A DNA stretch of 63,535 nt, counting the filler, from Stramenopiles sp. TOSAG23-3 (lineage: Eukaryota), in the NCBI GenBank assembly GCA_900128585.1. It is 34 parts of 34 records of this genome, joined end to end, with 100 filler letters (N's around TTAATTAATTAA, not from the genome) between each part and the next. Parts side by side here need not be neighbours in the genome. Positions count along the whole stretch, not along the records: positions 56,180 to 57,944 come from LT645422.1; positions 58,045 to 59,809 come from LT645423.1; positions 59,910 to 61,672 come from LT645425.1; positions 61,773 to 63,535 come from LT645426.1; 30 more parts are not named here. One strand, 5' to 3'. This document shows, one piece after another, positions 56,708-63,535 of the stretch. The notes under the pieces were generated by a model. It did not search any database. It was not told where the DNA came from and was given only the letters and a program-made list of their open reading frames with translations. Within the stretch, counting starts at the first letter, position 1, and every line of letters begins with the position of its first letter. Made by a program: the position numbers and the translations under genes.

Positions 56708-57944
56708 ATGATGGATGGAACAGAAATCAAACCCATAAATACCATCGACTCCACTGCGGTGGAGGTTGAGTTGACTGTGGAGCAGCCGGCGACGCCAAAA
56801 AGGAAGTCAAGTCGTTGGCGGTCGATGTCGTCTGTAATTACCCATTCCACGGCCATATCGGAAGACACGAAACGCATTATGGATGCGTTCCACGCACTAG
56901 ACGATTTGACGGTGGAGCCCGAACAGGGACATATCTGGAAAGACCATGGATATCGCTTGGTTGCCCTAGTCGTTGTACTGCCGTCTGTGGCCTCTGCTGC
57001 GTGGATGGCCATTCCTCTCAACCCCTGGAAAGAAGAGACGTGGGGGGAGAAGCAGATCAACATGTATATCATATTTAGCGCGATATATACGTTTTTTCTG
57101 GGGCTCGGTGCAACGCAGTTTTTTAATGCAATAATGCCCCTGACTCGGTGTATTCAAGTGGTTATGGCGGTCACTGTAAGCGTGACTGTGATCGTTGGGG
57201 CCTTTATCTCCGGACTTGTAGTTGGAAAGTATTTGTTTCCCAACTGTGTCCTCGCTGCCGTTGCATGGGACAGTTTCTCGTTTATTGGCTTGTGCATTTC
57301 ATTTTTGTGGGTTGCTCGCATATTTTACTTGCTTATCAATCGTGCAAAAACCGAAGTGGCCGCCGTACTTAAAAACGCAACAAATTATAAGGAACTGTAT
57401 GGTCACACAACTGGGAAAATAGCAAAAGAAAACCACTATCATGCTCATCTGGCGGATGTCTCCAGCGCGTTGCATCGTTCATTGCATGTTGCACTGGTGG
57501 ACCATCACGAAGAAACTGTAACCGTTGGCAATGCTGGCGGTGATAGCGATAGTACTGGGGACGAGAAGAACAACCAAACAAGCGACGTAGATAAGAGCAA
57601 GGAGCCGAAAGCCAAGGCAATGGAAAGTTTAAAGTCTACCCTAGAAAAAATAACCGCCGTCGATGCTGAAGAAGAAAGTCTGAGCGTTGCTTTGCGCCTA
57701 CAAATAGCAGATAGACTGTCAAAAATTGCTGACGATTTCAGCAGTCAAAAACATTGGCAATTTGGAATGACTGTACTTGTTATTTTCATTTGTTGCCTAA
57801 CATACTGGATGTTAACAGTTTTCGTGGCCTGGTGGGCGTCTGGGTCCCACGACCCAATAGTGAAGGGCTGGCAAACAATAGTGTATTACTTGGCAATTTT
57901 TGTCATGGAATGGTTGGCAATGTTATGTGCCGATTTAATTGATG
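56708..57944 (+). CDS. Multi-pass membrane protein of unknown function, 3' partial
   Basis: At least six hydrophobic helices around a large soluble loop. Confidence 0.7.
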
Positions 57945-58060
57945 NNNNNNNNNNNNNNNNNNNNNNNNNNNNNNNNNNNNNNNNNNNNTTAATTAATTAA
58001 NNNNNNNNNNNNNNNNNNNNNNNNNNNNNNNNNNNNNNNNNNNNCAAGCAGCCACTGCCC

Positions 58061-58954
58061 GTGGTTCAGCCAAAAACGTTTGGGGTTCCTTTACGCCCCG
58101 ATGTTAAGGTGGTGGTAATGCTTTCGGGTTGGCCCGACACGCACAATGTGTGGGGAAAGCAGGTAGAGGCCATGCAAGACGAATATCACATCGTGTCTAT
58201 CGTTTCCCCCGACCATGACCGCTCGGCCCTGCGAAAGCCGTGGGGCTACACGTTGGAAGAAGTGCCTAAAATGATCCAGGCATGCATCGATCTTCACCTC
58301 GGGGCAGGTAGGAAAATAGATTTATTAGTTACACACGACTGGGGCGCCCTCTACGGTTATTACATCATGCAGTTGTGGAAAGAGAGCGGGGAACGCAGAG
58401 TGGAGCGATTGGTTGCGATTGATATTGGAGCTTCGGAAAATGACGACGCGTCGCTCCCTTCCTCAATCCCTGGTATAACGCAAGCAACGCTATTTTCGGT
58501 CCCTTACCAGCTTTTTCTTGGGACTTTGTTTGCCGTTGGGTCCGGGCTTAGTGAGTCTGTGGCTGAGTTAATAACTGCGAATGGTTGGCCGCTGATGCCT
58601 TTACTGACACCAATGAAGACAAATTTTGATTGGGAGAGTGAGGCAGTAAGGCCTCAGCAAGAAGTGAAATGGTTCATGGGTTATACATACTTTTATTTGT
58701 GGGTTGGCAGGCTGGGACTTGGGCCGCCCGTGCCCTCGCCCCTCTTTCCGACCGTCCCGACGTTATTTGTGTACGGAGGAGAAAAGCGCACGATGTTCCA
58801 TTCCGAAGCATTCGTGGAACGATTAAAGGCAACCCCCGGCTCCCATGCCATTGAATACAAAGATTCAAGCCACTGGCTGATGTACACTGACTCTAACAGG
58901 TTCAACAAAGATCTTTTAGAATTCGCATCGATCGGTTATGTAACAGGTAATTAA
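58061..58954 (+). CDS. Alpha/beta hydrolase (epoxide hydrolase-like), probably 5' partial
   Basis: SGWPD oxyanion motif, THDWGA Asp nucleophile, PTLFVYG, SSHWL. Confidence 0.85.
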   Translation: MVQPKTFGVPLRPDVKVVVMLSGWPDTHNVWGKQVEAMQDEYHIVSIVSPDHDRSALRKPWGYTLEEVPKMIQACIDLHLGAGRKIDLLVTHDWGALYGYYIMQLWKESGERRVERLVAIDIGASENDDASLPSSIPGITQATLFSVPYQLFLGTLFAVGSGLSESVAELITANGWPLMPLLTPMKTNFDWESEAVRPQQEVKWFMGYTYFYLWVGRLGLGPPVPSPLFPTVPTLFVYGGEKRTMFHSEAFVERLKATPGSHAIEYKDSSHWLMYTDSNRFNKDLLEFASIGYVTGN

Positions 58955-59400
58955 TTAGTAGAGTAGTACTACAGAAACAATAATAAATAAAAAATATTTT
59001 TCAACTACTACTTACTTGGTACTACCAGAAGAAAGAAGAAAAAAAAAAATAGTCAGTCGTCTATATTAATACACACACACAGGTGTATAATAATTATTCA
59101 GATTTAATATCATCACATCATCATGTATTAATAAATATTAATTATTTTTTTATTATTATTAGACTAGGACGACTAATAATAAAATAAATAATAATAATTA
59201 TTAAAAAAGTTGATTGCCACAAATTATTTCACCTCCTTTTTTTGTTCGATACTTCTCCCACACACCATATGTATTATAAACTTGTGCATTTTGCTTCATC
59301 ATCAAAACCAGGCAAACTAAATTTTATCTAAAAACATCTTGAACGGCTCAGCACGTCAATAAACACCGAACACAACACCACCACTCCTCCTTGCTGGACA

Positions 59401-59809
59401 ATGTCAACGCAGCCAAGAATTGTGATTGCCGGGGGTGGAATAATTGGAGCGTCGACTGCCTACTTTTTAACGCAACGTTGTTTTTCAAATGTTGTCATTT
59501 TTGAACGGTTCAAAGTGGCTGGGTGCGCTTCTGGTAAATCTGGAGGTTTTTTAGCTGGGGGTTGGGGTGATAGAAGGACGGATCAGTTGCATAGGCTCGG
59601 ATTTGAGCTCCATGAAAAAATAGCAGAGACCCTGGGAATTGATTCTTATCGAAGGATTAAAACTCTACAAGTTGAGGGAAGCTCCGCTCGCAGCCAGTCG
59701 AACCCTCTCTGTCCGTGGCTTGACGGTGCAAAGTGTGAATTAATGGACAATGATACAGCACAAGTAACGCCGTACGAGCTGACGACAAAATTAATAAACG
59801 AAGCCAAGA
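59401..59809 (+). CDS. FAD-dependent oxidoreductase (DAO family, TDA3-like), 3' partial
   Basis: IVIAGGGIIGASTAYFL, ASGKSGGFLA, TAQVTP. Confidence 0.85.
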
Positions 59810-60016
59810 NNNNNNNNNNNNNNNNNNNNNNNNNNNNNNNNNNNNNNNNNNNNTTAATTAATTAANNNNNNNNNNNNNNNNNNNNNNNNNNNNNNNNNNN
59901 NNNNNNNNNTTTCACCGTCTTCGGACTCAGCGACTGCCACTTGTACGCGGCCCCGTCGAGCAGCGCCGTGGTGAGCAAAATGTCTAGTCCCCAGATGTTT
60001 TTGGCCCTTCTGTGGT

Positions 60017-61318
60017 CTAGACGTCCAAGTTGACTACTATTTTCTCCCCGAAGCGTTGCTTACTGTCCAGATGCTTTTTGATTTTGTCCTGAGACGATCT
60101 TGAAACGAAAGCGTTCTTTCCCCATCTCTGGTTCTGCGAGTTGTCTCCACTCGAGGCCCCTAAATGTTCCCTCATCGCCTTCCGTGAAGAAGATTGCTTC
60201 CCGCCTTCCTCCAAGTCTACGTTCGTAGTGTCCAATCGGAGTGACCCACTGCTCGATCCGCCGTCAATATCTGGGTTTTCGTTGAACCCCGTAGTGGTCA
60301 TATCTACGCCCTCAAAATTTACATCCAAATGGTCACATAGTTCAAAAAACAACCGTTCAATTTCATTTGTTTCAATGGCCCCTGCCTCAACCATTTCCTT
60401 CAGCTCTTTCTTTTGTTCGTCCAACACAGTGTCCGTTGTTCGCGCGACAGCCAGCAGGCCGGCCTTGATGGTTTCGCTGGTTGTAAGCAGGTCGTTTCCA
60501 AGCTCCTGTCGAGCCTCCCCAATTTCTATCTTCAATAGCAAAAGGAAAGAGTATATGGATGGCAAAAGGCCGCCTACAACCCAGAGGGAAACTTCCACTA
60601 TTGCCCAGAACGTCCAGGCTCCCTCCTGCAGCGCGGTTTCGAGCAACGTGACCCATGAAATCGCCAAAAATGTTGGCCCAAGGAGCACCATAATGACCAG
60701 GGTGAACCTAACCTTTCCATTCTTTTCCCGCCGGCGGGTGGTTGTAATGGCAGCCTTTCGCTTAACAAAATTGTGCCCCATAAACGCGTTGAGGGCGGAG
60801 ATGCCCCAGACAACTGCCGAAGAGTTGGCAAATAGTGGCGCAAAGTACAGACCGATTAGTGCACAAATACCAAACAGCAGGCACTGGTACCAGCACGTTG
60901 AATGCAGACGCTTTCGCAGCGTTCTATCGTTCCAGTCCCCTGAATAGAGGGTATTGCAAACCCCTTTCGTCCCATTCTCAGCCATTTGCACGCAGCTCGC
61001 ACAAAGTATACCGAGAGCCGTATTTTCGCAGCACTCGGCAAACGCGCGCTCTCCTCTCGTGGTTTCCTCGTCCTCAATTTCTTGCAAACGTAAATTGTAA
61101 CTATTCGCCCTTTGCAGCATCGCACTATCGTCGTCTACTGATGCTTCCCGGCTAAGCGCCTTTCGACCAGAAAAGTCAGGATGGTGGGACCCACGACGGG
61201 TTGCGCCCATGCCGAGGTACTCCCGCAAGGGCGAAGACGACGACTGGCGTGCCAGCCCGTTGCGTTCGCCAGTTTTGCTTTCCCCACTCCCACCCGGAGT
61301 CGTTGGCACCATTTCCAT
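60017..61318 (-). CDS. Membrane protein of unknown function
   Basis: 433 aa ATG ORF with four hydrophobic segments. Confidence 0.6.
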   Translation of the reverse strand: MEMVPTTPGGSGESKTGERNGLARQSSSSPLREYLGMGATRRGSHHPDFSGRKALSREASVDDDSAMLQRANSYNLRLQEIEDEETTRGERAFAECCENTALGILCASCVQMAENGTKGVCNTLYSGDWNDRTLRKRLHSTCWYQCLLFGICALIGLYFAPLFANSSAVVWGISALNAFMGHNFVKRKAAITTTRRREKNGKVRFTLVIMVLLGPTFLAISWVTLLETALQEGAWTFWAIVEVSLWVVGGLLPSIYSFLLLLKIEIGEARQELGNDLLTTSETIKAGLLAVARTTDTVLDEQKKELKEMVEAGAIETNEIERLFFELCDHLDVNFEGVDMTTTGFNENPDIDGGSSSGSLRLDTTNVDLEEGGKQSSSRKAMREHLGASSGDNSQNQRWGKNAFVSRSSQDKIKKHLDSKQRFGEKIVVNLDV

Positions 61319-61575
61319 AGTAGTGCGTGAAGTTTTCCCCGAGTAGTAACACGTTCAGTGCACGATCAGGTCACGCTTGAGCAAATATATATGCAAACAG
61401 CCCTTTGACTTTACGTAATAAATGTTTTCAAAACGATTAAATCTTTTCTTTATATATATTTAATTGTTTTATAACTTTAAATCACAATGAACACATTCAA
61501 AAAGTTTTATAAAAAAATAATAAATAATAATAATAAAAAAAAATAATAAAAAATATATTATTATTATATTTCTGT

Positions 61576-61672
61576 TCTTCTTCTTCTTCTTCATCTTCTT
61601 CTTTCTTCTTTCTTCTTTCTTCTTTCTTCTTTCTTCTTTCTTCTTTCTTCTTTCTTCTTTCTTCTTTCTTCT
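61576..61672. repeat. (TTC)n/(TTCTTTC)n microsatellite
   Basis: Runs to the contig end. Confidence 0.9.
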
Positions 61673-62021
61673 NNNNNNNNNNNNNNNNNNNNNNNNNNNN
61701 NNNNNNNNNNNNNNNNTTAATTAATTAANNNNNNNNNNNNNNNNNNNNNNNNNNNNNNNNNNNNNNNNNNNNAAGAAGAAAGAAGAAAGAAGAAAGAAGA
61801 AAGAAGAAGAAGAGTTCCGTTACACTTTCAATTTGTAAAATCGAAATGAGAAAATGAAATTGACATTTTGACATTGGAACGGTCCATTTATTTAAAAAAA
61901 AAAGAAAACAAGATTATGGCAGAATTTAAACCTATCGACTCCCCTTCCTTTCGTTCAGTGCTTCGTTGATTGCTTGCGTGCTGGGATTGATGTTTGGTAT
62001 CATGTCATGATGGTCTTTTAG

Positions 62022-63225
62022 ATGGAACGCATCAGTAGTACGAATTTTATTGGGGTGGACAACCCGTTGGGGGCAAGTGCGACGTGGCAGCGCACGCTGT
62101 GCGAGAGTCGGAATTATGGGGATTTCTTTTCAGCGAAACCGGCCAACGCGAACGATTTCCCACGGTGGAGTACCTACGAGGTTCCGGTGGCAACGTCGAT
62201 CGCGGGGGTCTCCAGCATACAGTTCCGGCAACCGATTGCCGAACAACAGGGAAACAAGCGAACCTCGCCGTCCACGAACCGACGCAAAAAGCTGCGGGAC
62301 GTTCACATACAAAATAGAGTAAGCCCGCACATGCGGTGGGCAATGGAAGAGAAGACCATGCATTCGGACGAGGAACAGGTGGACCCGCACGAGGAACAGC
62401 AGCGGCTTCTGCGGAAGCGGCTGCGAAAAATTAGACAGAGGAAGCGACGGGTTCGTTGGAAAAAGCAGAAAAACGTTTTGGTGCGGCTCGCGCAAGAACA
62501 TTACGTCGGGGCGATTACCGAGGCCGTGTCCATGCCCCAGCTCAGACCGTTCCCCGCGGCCGAAGACGATTCGGGGAAAACCCTGAAAGCCATGTGGGAA
62601 TCCTTCGATGGCGGGGAGATGCCGCGCGCGCCCATTCAGAGCGGGTCGCCCGGGGCTTGGGTACGCCAGCAAGCGAGGCAGGAGCAACGGGGAGCGGGGG
62701 GGGGGGCTGCAAACCTCGCCGGTACGGGTCCCTGGTCGGCCGAAACGGGGGAAACGGAACCATTACGCGCTACCCTTGAAGCGGAGGCCAAAGCACCACA
62801 AGCAGCTGGTGGACGAGGAAGAAGCGATCCTACTGAAACGGCAAAGGTTGAAAGAAACCTACGCGGCGTTCAAAGCGATGACGCACGCCGTGGTCCAGGC
62901 GCACGGTCTTCTCGCGCTCAAGGCCGCCAAGAAAGCGAAGGCGACGAAGAGGAAGAAGAAGAAACAGAAGGGGGCTAAGAACCAAAGGGCCCAGCAGCGG
63001 CGGTTGCAGAGCATGTACGGCAGGAATAGAAACCCAGGAAACCTTCAACCAATGAACCCAGAGCTTCTCGCCGATTTAGAAAAGCAGCAACAACGGCTCC
63101 AGTTGGAAATGAAAACATTGACCAGACAAGTAAACGAACTGTTGAAACGAAAACAAGAAACCGAAGCGAACGAGGAGGGTCTTCTGCACGGCGACATCTT
63201 TGGAAAATTGACATTGTTTAAGTAG
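62022..63225 (+). CDS. Basic coiled-coil hypothetical protein, apparent frameshift at G11 run
   Basis: ORFs 62022 and 62608 overlap in adjacent frames; removing one G at 62696-62706 fuses them. Confidence 0.55.
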
Positions 63226-63535
63226 TCTAACATAAGATATAAGATGTATAGAAATTGTAGGAGGGTCTTGAGCTTCTCGCCGATTTAGAAAAGCAGCAAC
63301 AACGGCTCCAGTTGGAAATGAAAACATTGACCAGACAAGTAAACGTACTGTTGAACTGTTGAAATGAAAACAAGAAACCGAAGCGGATGAGGAGGGTCTT
63401 TTGCAACGGCGACATCTTTGGAAAATTGACATTGTTTAAGTAAGCAAACAGCAAACGAACTGTTGAAACGAAAACAAGAAACCGAAGCGAACGAGGAGGG
63501 TCTTTTGCAACGGCGACATCTTTGGAAAATTGACA
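63061..63535 (+). repeat. Triplicated 3' end of the preceding gene
   Basis: 63061-63224 recurs at 63270-63443 (with indels) and partly at 63453-63535. Confidence 0.9.

Noticed and set aside
1786-61772. Regularly spaced TTAATTAATTAA as a biological repeat or CRISPR-like array
   Set aside because: Always centred in 88 Ns; an artificial six-frame-stop linker.
25665-62706. Programmed frameshifting at 25665 (G8), 26537 (A6) and 62696 (G11)
   Set aside because: Each is one extra base in a homopolymer; sequencing or assembly error is simpler, and no stimulatory structure is evident.

Overview
This window is not one locus. It is 34 unrelated short contigs (1785 down to 1763 nt, sorted by decreasing length) joined by 33 identical 100-nt artificial spacers (N44-TTAATTAATTAA-N44, stops in all six frames), so gene order across spacers is meaningless and most genes are partial. 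The content is eukaryotic and intron-poor: condensin CAP-G, TopBP1-like BRCT protein, Rab-GAP TBC, longin-like protein, MLO, and a CFAP161/EF-hand ciliary protein. A flagellated protist, plausibly a marine stramenopile single-cell or metagenome assembly, fits best (inference), and GC differs strongly between contigs. No rRNA, CRISPR or recognisable transposase/RT was seen. Best lead: a complete secreted multi-core peptide precursor (33914-35098) with two novel 6-Cys domains and six cores separated by acidic DEM(D/E)DE..G spacers. Other leads: a circularly permuted tandem NikA-like protein, a signal-peptide half-trypsin, an MLO with a built-in EF-hand, an AAB helical super-repeat protein, a ficolin-like collagen/CBM/fibrinogen protein, a toxin-like motif in a secreted protein, a strand-specific GGCTGTT(A/T) 3'-end motif and a nested foldback element. 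All family calls are by motif recognition; no searches were run.
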